Shown here: positions 41,545 to 54,150 of the stretch, in pieces
How positions within the stretch are numbered: the stretch's first letter is position 1
How the letters are laid out: each line of letters starts with the position of its first letter
Assembly: GCF_006345805.1 (NCBI RefSeq)
Contig: NC_043006.1
Location: 75,826,001-75,890,000 of the forward strand
DNA length: 64,000 bases
Reading direction: 5' to 3'
Source of the DNA: Octopus sinensis
Taxonomy: Eukaryota
The notes under the pieces: model-generated
Told to the model about the DNA's origin: nothing
The model's database searches: none
Seen by the model: only the letters and a program-made list of their open reading frames with translations
Position numbers and translations under genes: made by a program

Positions 41545-41720
41545 TAGCAAAATAGAATCGTTTGCACGTCGGACAAAATGCTTATCAACATTTCGTCTTT
41601 ACTTTCTGAGTTCAAATTCCACCGAGGTCGACTTTGCCTTTCGTCTTTTATGGGACGATAAAATATGTACCAGTTGAGCACTGAGGTCAATTTAATCGAC
41701 ACCGACCCAGGAACTTGCTG
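41545..41720 (+). mobile_element. Degraded SINE family A copy
   Basis: aatcgtttgcacgtcggacaaaatgctta..ctgagttcaaattccaccgaggtcgactttgcctttc. Confidence 0.72.
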
Positions 41721-42127
41721 GAGAAAAATTTTGCCGAGACTGTATCCGTCTTTACACTCTAACTTCCACTTCTGTCTAGTTTACCTTTAATGCTTTCCAA
41801 GTCATTAAGACAAACATCAGCTTAGCACTGCGGTCGATGAAATTCTCTTCGCTTCTGCATACAAAAATACTTTCCTAGTGCCTAAACGAAAAATAATATT
41901 TTTGGTATTTGCTGCTATTTCTAGCAGGCTAAAATTTCGCGTAGAGGGTTCATCTGTTGCAGAAAAACGCTTTCCTTATGTATTCAACGATTTAAAAAAA
42001 TTTTAATATTTCAAGCTAAAGGATTTCATTTGAAGTAATTGAGAATACAAATGACATTCATACACACGCGCACATACATATATGCATGTACTAACCCATA
42101 TACGCGCATATACCTGTGTGTGCGTCT

Positions 42128-42166
<39 letters not shown>

Positions 42167-42787
42167 TGAATCTATACACATAGAAACATGCATATGTTTT
42201 AAGTTGGCTATTGCTATCTACGAGATTATTTTGAAATTTATCAATATGCCAAGCCAAACGATTACCCGGTTGAAACTTTGCTAAAAGTGGGATGGAAATT
42301 TAGTTTCACTTAGGAAAATAGCTATTTTAAATATATCTTGTCAACCTTTTTTTTTTTAATTCTTTATCGAATCTGATATGTCGAATTTCTCTGAAATATA
42401 GTTTTGATAAATGTTATTTACGTTTAATAAAATTAATACGAAAATATTTCCATCGATAAAGCAATGGAGAAATAATGTAGCAGCTTTATAGCTTGGCTGT
42501 CTCATATTTATCACCATTAGAAATACTTCAGTAACTACTCCCATGATGGGCGAAGTTACATCATACGAACACCATATATACGAAACCATCTATGTGTCTC
42601 TTTCTTACTCACCCGTTATATACACACACACACGCACACATATGTATATATACATACATGCATACATACATATATGCATACATATATACATACATATATA
42701 TATATATATGCACACATTTATATACATATATATATATACATACATACACACATGCATACATAATACATGCTTACATACATACATACA

Positions 42788-42852
<65 letters not shown>

Positions 42853-43479
42853 CTATATAGCGACATTGCAGTTACGGTATCGATTGCAGCTGCATCGTCG
42901 ATATCTGTATACCTTCTCTTTAAGATTTGAAGAATGATGAACAAAACAACATGCTTTCCTTTACAACCTTGCTACCAAGTTAATGACCGGTCAAACAATT
43001 ACTCTAGATTAAAAAGAGAAAGAGAACGTACATACAAACATACATACATACATACATACATACATACATACATACATACATACATACATACATAAATTGC
43101 ATACATACATACATACATACATACATACATGCATACATACATACATGCATACATACATACATGCATACATACATGCATATATTCATGTGTAGACAAAAAG
43201 AAAAAAATCACATGATCGTATACACAAGTGCACAAACAGTACATGCATATATAGCAACATTCATGCATATATACGGAGTGCATCCAGGAAATGTAAAGAC
43301 TTTTTTCAGGAGAGGCTGTTGTAGCTGCCCCAGATTATTGCAGTTATAATATATCATTATTAATCATATAATAAGCTAATCTAGGTACTTTTGTTACTTC
43401 GGATCAAAAGAGAAATCTGTAACAACATATTGAACACGCCCTACTAAATACTACTTGTCCAGTTGATCAGCTTGAAGCG

Positions 43480-44040
43480 TGTAGTCGGGAGATGAGCACA
43501 ATTTCGAAGCTGGTTATGCAATAAACATCTTGCGTTAAAGAGAGCAAAAATGTGAAATAAACTTATGATAAGCTCTTGAGAGCTTATGAATTAACTTGTA
43601 TGATCTGAGCATCTGTTTTTCGCTGGCATAAGAGGCCAGGCACAAAAAAGTACATCGGGAAGGTTCCTGATCCCCTTTTTCAAAAACCAGGGCATGGTCC
43701 ACATCCATCGGAGGTAGAAGATGCCTTGGTTAGGCGGTCAACAATGATTAATTTGTGGAGGTTTTGAAGAGATTTCGTCGCCATAGGCCACAGTCCATGC
43801 GGCAAGACAATACACCAGTCCCAAATTCCAATGTGGTAACTAACTACTTCACAGAGATGGACATTTAAATTGTCACTAATACTCCTTATAGTCCAGACCT
43901 CGATCCATGTGACTTTCCGTCACTTTCCATGCTGAGCGTGAACACAAAGAAGGCAGTGGTAATGGTCTTGAACATTTTTCCTTTGAAGGAGTTCCACGAG
44001 GCCTCCAAGTCATGGCTGGACTACTACAAGTCAGAAAATC
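43480..44040 (+). mobile_element. Degraded, internally deleted mariner transposase fragment
   Basis: ~43803-43930 translates as QDNTPVPNSNVVTNYFTEMDI*IVTNTPYSPDLDPCDF, matching mariner HDNA..PYSPDLAPxDF motifs. Confidence 0.75.
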
Positions 44041-44091
44041 CTTCATTGAAAGAGTTTAGGGTGTTGCTACACTCAAATTAATAGATGTCGC

Positions 44092-44302
44092 CTGAAAAAG
44101 TGCTGAAATGGCTTTAAGGGTGTCGCGAAAGGTCTTGGCCCAACCTTCCAAATATTTTAACAGAGCTTAGAAAAATGAAGTACCACTGCAATAAGTATGT
44201 GAATCTGAGACGAGAATATGTTGAATAAAATCATAATTAACTGATCTTCTTGAATTTTCTTCCACCCAAAGCCAGGTACATATCAGCGCCCACCCACGTG
44301 TA
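44092..44302. mobile_element. Second, more degraded copy of the 40893 MITE
   Basis: Shares gtgctgaaa..ggctttaagggtgtcg..cccaaccttcc..cttag.aaa..gaag.acc.ctgca.taagt with 40893-41115. Confidence 0.7.
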
Positions 44303-45131
44303 GATTGCACTTTTTACATTCACATATGTGTTGCGTGTTTCTAAGCATTTCCATATATATATATATATATATATACACACCTGCGCGTAAGTATATTTTT
44401 ACATATATAAAATTGAAGTTTTCTGTGAGTGTGTGTGTACCAAATTGGGTAAAAGTTTACAAGTACACTCCCACGCTTTTCACCCGCCCTTCTACTTTCC
44501 CGCAGATCCCTTATTTTGGTGGCTCCGAAAGAAATGGGCACGCCCCGGATTTTTCGTAAAAAATTCTTTTTCTTTTTTCGTAGAATGAGTTACACTCCTT
44601 TGTTTTTGTCCGAAAATTAGAAAGTGGGGTGGGGTAGAACCTTCGGAATTTTCACATCCCCTCTAAATTTCAGTGGCAAAAAACCCGTCCCACAGATTTC
44701 ACAGGGAAAAGTCTTGGAAAAGTTTTACACGAATGTCAGCACATGTTGGCAAGGGAGCCTTTCCAGTAGCACTCATCCTTGCAGAAATAACAGCCAAATC
44801 TCCCTAGACAAACTACATCGTCTTTGTTGGTCAAAACGTACCCGTACGGTTTTCTTTCGTTATCTTTTGTGTGTGTGTGTGTGTGCATATGTGCGTGTGT
44901 CTGTGTGTGTATATATATATACACACGCATATATATATATATGCGTGTGTATATGTATGTGCATATAAACACTCACATATATACAGATACACACTCACAC
45001 ACACACACGCACACACACACACACACATATATATATATACACGCATATATATAGATAAACACACACATATATAAATAATATATATGCATGTATACATTCA
45101 TATATGCACATACTTAATGTATATATATACA

Positions 45132-45255
<124 letters not shown>

Positions 45256-46675
45256 CATATATGTATATATATATATGTGTGTGTGTGTGTAAATATAATA
45301 TGTGACAATTATGCGGTAGCCATGATAAAACTCCGAGTTTCGGATGTAGGGGCGGAAACCCACGCCGGCTTCTCTTCGGTCATCGGGCCATCGAAAAAAT
45401 TGGTATTAACATGACCGTTAAACAAAGGGAAATTACTGTGTGATTGACCGTTATTAAGACAAAAAAGCTATTAGAATGACCGCTATGTAAGAGTAACGGA
45501 GTAAAAATGTTCATAGTAATCGCGTAATCTCGCATGTACATACATATACACATGCGCGCCCCGATACCCACGTACGTATGCCTATATGTATATACTCATC
45601 CACTCTCACTTGAAACACACACATGCTCACCCATACACTCGCCAAAAAATATATACATACACGCTCGCACACGCGGTGAAAAAGGTTCATATATATATAT
45701 ATATATATAGATATGTTTATTTATATATGTACATATGTATATATACATACATATAAACATACACTTGCTCATGCAAGCACCTCCACCACCTATATAATTG
45801 TATGTATATGTACTTAACTACACATAGATATTCGCTTGTCATTGGTATAAATATATATATATATTTCCCGTTTTAATAATTCTGAGCTAGCCCCCGTCTC
45901 TTAAACCATGACAGATACTAAATCAAGACAGAAAATCAATATTAAATTGATATCTGCAGACCAATCTGTTAAAACTTATTTAACCGTATAGTTAACCAAG
46001 AATATAATTATTTCCTATTTTTAAAAACTCACCTCATTTGAAACATTTAAAAGCAACGACTGAAGGAAAGAAAGATCTTATTCATTACATATGTGTATTT
46101 TAGAATAGTCATTTTTAGAAATATTGTCTGACTAAAGTGCTTCATTTCCACTTGTATATTTAGAGAATTGTTAATTTATACATTAAGAAGACATTAAAAG
46201 TTTATTGCTTCGCCATCCCTATTATTAACGGCGCTATGTATTTCTGATCTGATATTAAGGACAGAGACAAAAGCTTCGATAAACATGAAAAAATATAAAA
46301 GACGGCTAAAAACGCTAAGCGTTAAATAGATGAATCGCCGACATATTTTTTACAACTCTTAGCGGGATATCAAAACAATATATGTGCGTATGTGTGTGTG
46401 TGTTTGTGTGTGTGTGTGTATGGGAGTGTCTTTGTGTGTGTGTGTGTATTAGAACTAAACGATCGATCTGTCGACGTGGAATCGATTAGCTGAAAGAAAT
46501 ATAGCACGCGATGTTCCTACGAAAAAAGAAATCAAAGCAACGTAGTCGTAAATATATAATTTTGCTGAATAAGTATTAATTGAGCCGCGGATAAAATGTG
46601 ATAAATTACATTTCTTGCATTCAAATGCTAGTAAAGTAGCTCATACAAAATTCGTATTTTTTTTAAAAGAAGAAT

Positions 46676-46710
46676 GTATGTGCATGCACGTATGTATATG
46701 TGTTTGTCTG

Positions 46711-46805
<95 letters not shown>

Positions 46806-46976
46806 ATATGTATATATATATATATATGTATATATATATGTATATATATATATGTATATATATATATATGCATATATATATATATATATATACATATATA
46901 TATACATATATATATGTATATATATATATTATATATATATATATGTATGCATATATATATGTATATATATTATATG

Positions 46977-47025
<49 letters not shown>

Positions 47026-47068
47026 TTATATATGCCCAGACATATTTGTAATTACATATATAACATAT

Positions 47069-47113
<45 letters not shown>

Positions 47114-47190
47114 AGGTATATGTATATATACGTATGTGTATATATATGTGAGTGCGTGTGTGTGTGTGTGTGTATGTATGTATATGTATC
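46676..47190. repeat. Long degenerate (AT)n block
   Basis: Direct reading. Confidence 0.95.
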
Positions 47191-47629
47191 TAATTCTTCA
47201 TTCTTTTCGAGTAGCGTTATTCACTTTAAATGCTGAAGATAATTACAGAGAATAAATGAAAATAATGCCGTTGCTTCAACACCAATGTAATTCATCTAAA
47301 GCTCTTAAGACACCTATTTGTTGTCGCTACCACTTTTTATATGCCTCTTCCCTTTCTCCTTATATTTGAATTCATGAATTTCGAATACTAAGCCTAGTCA
47401 TAATTAAACCAACTTTCAATAGATAATCAACGCAATTTGAGATATAAAACTGATTATTTTCTGCTTTTCTTTGTCTCCTTTTTTCCAAAATATCGGAAAT
47501 AAACCACACGTTTGATTTTTTTAGTCGTTGGTTTGCTAGGTCTTTGGTGTAAAATCGTGTATTGAAACAGCCGTTGTTGTATCTTCAGTGGGTCATTAGG
47601 CGAATAAGAAAACCATGCACTGGTTCTAT

Positions 47630-48072
47630 TTCACTTCTTTAATCACCATTAGCTGGATCTTGTGGAGGAGGGGCAAAAACGACCTCCATGCTGGAGCACC
47701 GCATTGAAGAGTTTTCAGTCGAACAAATTCACCTCAGTCCTTGTTTTCTAAAGCCTGGTACTTATTCTATCAGTCTCTTTTGCTGCACTACTAAATGACG
47801 AGGACGTAAACAAACCAGCATCTGTTGTCAAGTAATAGGGTGGGACAAACACAGACAGACAGACACACACACACACACACACAAACACAAACACATAAAC
47901 ACACACATACACATGATAGGCTTTTTTTCTGTTTCATTCTACCAAGTCCATTCCCAAGTCTTTAGTCGGCCCGAAGCTATAATATAAGACACTCGATCAT
48001 GGTGCCACGTAGTGAGACTGAATCCAGAACCACGTGCTTGGGAAGCAAGCTTCTCAACACAACCACACATGA
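47630..48072 (-). mobile_element. SINE family B copy
   Basis: Reverse complement of the 22560-23100 family (gtacttattctatc, gacgtaaacaaaccagcatc, gtcggcccgaagctata, ggtgccacg, gggaagcaagcttct). Confidence 0.8.
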
Positions 48073-48390
48073 GTATGTAAAAGGACATTTGTAAACATGC
48101 ACATTAGCCGAGAAATATAAAACGTGCTTGGGTGAATTTATAGAAAATACAACCATGAATCGATATATAACGATAACGTTCAACTGGTCGCTCTTAGAGT
48201 ATTTACAAAGCCCGAAGAATAACCATCTGAGAGTGGACAAAGCTACGAGTAAAAGGTCTGCTCAATTATTACGTTCACGTGTTTCCAGGGAATTCTACAA
48301 TAGTAACCGTATTAAGAACACTGCGTAATTCATCTTCATATGGTTTGGAATACAATCGAATTCCATAAGCTATTTTCGGTATCTTGTTTC

Positions 48391-48623
48391 AAGGCGGCGA
48401 GCTAGCAGAATCGTTAGCACGTCGGGCGAAATGCTTAGCGGTATTTCGGTTGCCGTTACGTTCTGAGTTCAAATTCCGCCGAGGTCGACTTTGCCTTTCA
48501 TCCTTTCGGGGTCGATAAATTAAGTACCAGTTAAGCACTGGGGTCGATATAATCGACTTAATACCTATGTCTGTCCATGTTTGTCTCCTCTATGTTTAGC
48601 CCCTTGTGGGTAATAAAGAAATA
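48391..48623 (+). mobile_element. SINE family A, full length, with a perfect 13-bp TSD
   Basis: ggtatcttgtttc at 48378-48390 and 48624-48636. Confidence 0.93.
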
Positions 48624-50091
48624 GGTATCTTGTTTCCTAGCGTTGATGAAAGCTTGAAGTTCTAATTCACACTCATTTATTTAGTAATCATTCTGTAAAG
48701 TGGCATAATTGCGTTAGAAGAGATGTAGCTTTGTACTCACATCAGCTCGTTTATTACCAACACTATGTCTGAATACTGTTAGTCTTCACAACCTCAGTAC
48801 TTCAAACATGATTTTTAAGGTATGAGGCGATAAGGGAGATGATCACTTCTATTGCACGATTAGAAGTTTGAAATACAAATCGAAGAGTACTGAAGATGAT
48901 TCAGAGAATATACCTCATTAATTACTTCCTCACGCATAAAAAATTTGAAATTTCTAATCGTAGGTAATGTTGTACAAAGTCCTTTTATTCTTATTTGAAA
49001 TCGGTAACATAACATAACCAGAGACAAGTTACGATGAGTCATGACGTTGCGGTACGAATTCACATCCGTTAGTTTGTTCTCGGAATAAATCGTTTGATAT
49101 TTCGTGAATGTCCGCTAAAAATGCAAGGCAATGACGTCTTGCAAGAGAGTTTGGAAAATTGTTAATGAAAGAAAAGAGGGGCAATAATTTAAACTATTTC
49201 AGAAGTATGGGTGAAAACAGTTGACCTACTTACCTGGGGTCAACTATGCATCCTCATATAATATTTTGGCAGTGGTCTGTTTTAGAGTTTGTACCGTTTT
49301 GAGCCAGCCAAACCTACCTAAGGAAATTTACTGAATTTATAACAAACGAACATTACAAAATAAGAATGGAATATCTCTGTACGGAACAGTATTACATTGT
49401 AGGGGTACCCGTATTCTAAAATTAATCTTCTTAATTAAACGATTATTTAATCATATATATATATGTAACTGTGAATATTTATACGTAAACTTACAGGCGC
49501 GCACACACACCTACACACAATCACACGCACATACACACACATATATATACATACATTCATACATACTTACACACGTCGGTATGTATATATGTATCTGTAG
49601 AGACACACATTGACATTGTGACTTTAGTGCTATGACCTCTACGACCGTTTCACAATATAGTTAATCTATAATTCTAAAATTCATAATCGTTAATATCCGT
49701 CTTATAGCAGTCAAATAAATATGAAAAGAATTTCTGATATTGAAACAATTCCGAAATGGCAATTAATTCTATGGTGCATTATAGTTTAATTTCAGTTCTG
49801 TAGTTTTCACAATGAAATGTATACCTATATTCTTTACGATACAATAAATGCTATTCGAATATTTGCCTTTTATTAAATTTTATTTAGTGTCATATTTGTT
49901 TTACCGTTTCCTGTATAGTTACTCGATCAACCGTTTATATGTTCGACAGTGAGACTCATAAGCACAGCAGGCAAGTTGGTTTAATGGTTTTTAATTGCGT
50001 CAGATCTAATCTAACTACACTATACTTATTTGGGCTACATTCCAGCTTTTCTAGAATAAATCAAAACTTAATGAATTACTCGAAGATTACA

Positions 50092-50224
<133 letters not shown>

Positions 50225-50488
50225 CAGCGATAATAATAAATTTTATTTTATCGCAATTTGACTTGTTTATATATATATATATATATATATATGTATCAGT
50301 TCGTCCGTCTGTCTGTCCCACTCTTCTCTATATATACAGTTATGTGCGTATGTATATAGGCGTGTGGGCGCATATGCAAATGATAGAAACCAACTCAAAA
50401 TTGCAACATTTAGTATGACCAGCCACACACACACACATACACACGAACACGCTATATATATTTATATATATATATATATCCATGCACA

Positions 50489-50526
<38 letters not shown>

Positions 50527-50610
50527 TACATATATATTTAAATATATATAGGTACATATATATGTACACACACACACATACACACACACACAGACATATA
50601 TATATATCTA

Positions 50611-50886
50611 TATACAGGCAAACGTATTGTTGAAAATGCATGTAAATTCGAAAAACTTCTAATTGTTTTAAAATAAATTTATTTACTTATATACTAGTTT
50701 TAACAATATTTTTTTGTTTATCAAAGGTAAACTTTTGAATTATGAATTAGAAAAACATGCTTAAAAGTTTCATTGTTGACAAGTTTAAATGTTCATAACA
50801 GACAAATTTAGAATTATGAATTAGAAAAACATATTTAAAAGTTTCAATGTTGACAAGTTTGAAGATTTCTAACAGTCAATAATATA
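50611..50886 (+). repeat. Left arm of imperfect inverted repeat flanking the PLE, containing two ~74-bp subrepeats
   Basis: Aligns by eye to the reverse complement of 53797-54067. Both arms end internally at aacagtcaataatata. The subrepeat gaattatgaattagaaaaacat starts at 50737 and 50811. Confidence 0.85.
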
Positions 50887-51543
50887 AAAAACTGCTGATG
50901 AACTTGTTTAAATGTACAAAATTCAATAGTGTTAGTAGTTGCCGACAAGAAATAAATATCAAAGTTTCAGTTATACTGAGTTAAGAGGGAGAAAAGCAAT
51001 AGAGAAATGAAGATAGTAAAAAAAGAGGGTTTGGTTTACAACTTCTGAGATTCTCTTTCTGTCGTGTGCAGGAACTTTCGCTTCTAACGGTGGTTTTTGG
51101 AATCCGGTGTATTCATAATTTTTTTCTGTGAAGAGATCTGATTTTTGATTCGTTAAAGTACTGGTGACGTCTGGTTTTTCTGGTGGTCAAGTTTGTCGTT
51201 CTACCTGGTGGGCGTCCGTGTGGGAACTGTCATCAGCCGTTCAAGTTCGTTGATTCACTGAAAGGGTCATCTTGTTGCAAATGCTGAAGTTCGGTTTTGA
51301 TCGGAGGTAAAACTTTCTTGGTCTAGAGTTAGATAACGTCAGCAATTGGTGTTTGTAAAATGTTATTGGTTTAGAGTTAGGTGACGTCGGCAACTGTTGT
51401 TTGGATAGTGTTAATGTATGGTCACATGGAAGACTGTTACTAAAGTTTTTAAAAATTGTCTCTTGTACCTGGTTGTTTTTTCTGGGAGAAATTGAGTCTT
51501 TTCCCTTCTTCTCTTTAGTGTTTTTCTTCTTTCTAAAGCATAT

Positions 51544-53705
51544 TCAGCTGTGGAATTGGGTTGAAGTGTTTCCGGTGTATTGATAGTGAGGGAAGATGTG
51601 GTATTTCGGGTTTATGTTTACGGGACATTGGTCTAGGTTTTTGCTTACAGGAATTTTTCTGGTCGTGGGGTCCCGGATGTGTTGCCTGTGCACCATTAGT
51701 CTGTCCGTCAAGGTTAATCTAGTTTGACCTATGTAGTCTCCACCACACATTTGAGAACAGAGAATAAGTTATTCGAGTGAAGTGTTTTTTAATGGTAAAA
51801 GTTTGAGCTGACTTAAATTTGTATGTTGTGCCCTCTCAGAGTATGATGCAAGTTCTGCAGTTTGGGTGGCTGCACTTTTTGACTTGTGGGGTTGTATTTT
51901 TAGTGGGTAATTTGGCACTGGTGAGTAACGTTTTTAGAGATTGAGGTTGTCTTTTGCTTTTAATAATCCTATGTGTTTCCAGTGCCATTTTCATTCGCAG
52001 GTCCTTCATAAGGAGAGGTATGGTTTGGTGGATGATAGTACATGCTTCCATTATTCTCGGATTGTGTTGATACGTAGGATAAAGCTTTAAGTGTATCATG
52101 GTGTTTTCTTGTTTTCCGTAACTCTTGGTTGTCTATCATTTTTGCACGTTCTATTCCGTTTTTTGATTAGACAGGCCGAGTATCTTCTATGTAGTAATGT
52201 GTTTTTAAGTTATTAAAGTCGCTTCTCTCGAGTTTCGAGATTTGATGCAATCGTGCAACTTCTTCTTGCTAAATTGAACGGTATATATATTTTAGTATGT
52301 TTTGGGTGGCAGGAGGAGAATTGAAGATATTGTCTTGAGTTCGTTGATTTGAAGATGTCGGTTTCAATATCAGTGTCTTTTATGCTTAAGATGTCCAGAA
52401 AGGGTAATTGTTTGTGGCTGTATTCCATTGCGAACTGGATACTGTGGTTAATGTTGTTAGTTAAGTTTTTAAATTTTGAGAGTTCTTCAAGTTTATGTGG
52501 TCACAAAATGAAACAGTCATCCAGGTATCGTTTCCAGTTGGTGAGCAAGTATTTTGGGAATCTGTCTCCAAATTTTAGTCTATCGTGCTCATATATATGT
52601 ACTTCAAATATGTCATGACAAGTTTGGCAAACGTAGGGGCTACCCTCGTTCCCATCGCCGCCACGATTATGTCTATAAGTGTTCTCGTCGAAGTTGAAGA
52701 AGTTGTTCTTTAGGATGAATTTTATTCCTTCAACGATGAATTCTTTTCCGATTCGGTCAGGAATGTCATTTGGCAATTTTTCCAACCAGTATTGCATGGC
52801 TATTATTCCGCATTCGTGTGGAATCGAGGTGTAGAGGTTTATTACAACGAATGAAACGAGAAGGGAGTCCTTGCTGGTTTTGTTCGGGCGATGGTTTAAA
52901 AAGTCCAGATCATCCCTTATAAAGCTCGGTATATGTTGGAGAATATGTTTCAGGAGGATGTCAATGAAGTTAGTGAGTCTGTGTGTCTCGCACGAGGCAT
53001 CGGCCACAATTGGTCACATTTTGAGATTTCTCGAGTGTGGAATATTTATGACTACAGAAGTTAGCTTCCTACTGGCTTCGTTTATGGCTTCACTTTTGTG
53101 GATTTTGGGAAGTCCATAAAAGCTGCCGGTTTTGCAGTCAAGTCTAGTCAAGTAATCTCTCTCCTTTTCCGTTAAACCTTGAGGATAAGGATCGAAAGTT
53201 TTGTCATTAAGTTGGATTGACTGCAGTTGTTGATTTTTCCTAGTAGGTATTTTCTTGAAGGAGGATTAGGGTAGTTTATATATATTTTTCTGAATCCATG
53301 ATTACTATAGCACTCTCTTTATCAGCTTCATTTATAATTATATTAAGATCCTCCTTGAGATTATTGAGGATTTCCCATTCTTCTCGACATGTATTTGTTT
53401 TAAATTTTCGAGGTGGAAGTAAATTGTAGGAATAACTAGATACCAAATCACAAAAGTTATCCAGAGTTTGATTTCCTACTTTTGTCGGACAGTAGTTACT
53501 TTTATAATGAAGAATTGAGTGATCACTAGTTTCTTTACCAAAACAGTTCTTCAGTGACTCGAAGTTATCTGCAGAATTCCTGGATATCATTCTGTATATC
53601 ATTTAGATTCGACCTTTGTGGTGTTGGGATGAATTTCAGTCATTTTGCGAGAATTTTGATTTGTTTGATTCAAAGGGTTTTATGTGAGAGATTTACGAGA
53701 TCTCA
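51544..53705 (-). mobile_element. Penelope-like retroelement (PLE), decayed RT + C-terminal GIY-YIG endonuclease ORF
   Basis: Manual translation of the minus strand gives these motifs in order. N-terminus: DLVNLSHKTL*..KILAK*LKFIPTP..IQEFCR*LR. Then IIINEADKESAIVIMD, LVSFVVINLYTSIPH, AMGTRVAPTFAKLVM (~52620-52660), RYLDDCFIL (catalytic DD, ~52510), LPFLDI, HPKHTKIYIPFNLARR, KCSHPNCRTC and CGGDYIGQT..LTDRLMVHRQHI (GIY-YIG). Several stops and frameshifts. Confidence 0.93.
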
Positions 53706-53796
53706 TATTTGGGTGGTGCCATCGAGTGTCCCGGTTTTGGCCCCTTTGCCTAAAAAATGTTTTTTGGGGTTTTATTATAAGGAATTAGTGCTCACT

Positions 53797-54067
53797 ATAT
53801 TATTGACTGTTCTGAACGTTTAAACTTGTTAACATTGTTAAACATGTTTTCGTATTCGTAATTCTAAATTTATTGTTATGAACATTTAAACTTGTCAACA
53901 CTGTAACTTATAAACATGTTTTTCTTATTCCTTATTCTAAATTGTAACCATTGATAAACAAAATATATTGTTGAAACTAGTTTAGTATATATGTACATAA
54001 ATGTATTTTACAACAATTAAAAGTTTTAAAATATTCAGGTGGATTTACAATAACAAATTTGCCTATA
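53797..54067 (-). repeat. Right arm of imperfect inverted repeat flanking the PLE
   Basis: Its reverse complement matches 50611-50886, e.g. tgttgacaagtttaaatgttcataaca and ttttgtttatcaa are shared. Confidence 0.85.
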
Positions 54068-54090
54068 TTTTTCCTGGGTGGAAATACGCC

Positions 54091-54150
<60 letters not shown>

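Noticed and set aside
50891-50935. ctgatgaacttgt..acaaaattc possible hammerhead at the PLE 3' end
   Set aside because: The GAAA core and stem II closure are missing, and it is antisense to the PLE ORF.
51836-51838. In-frame TGA just after the CxxC motif of the PLE (possible selenocysteine readthrough as reported for Naiad PLEs)
   Set aside because: The motif cysteines are ordinary TGC codons, the TGA is not at a Cys position, and the element has several other stops and frameshifts, so decay explains it.
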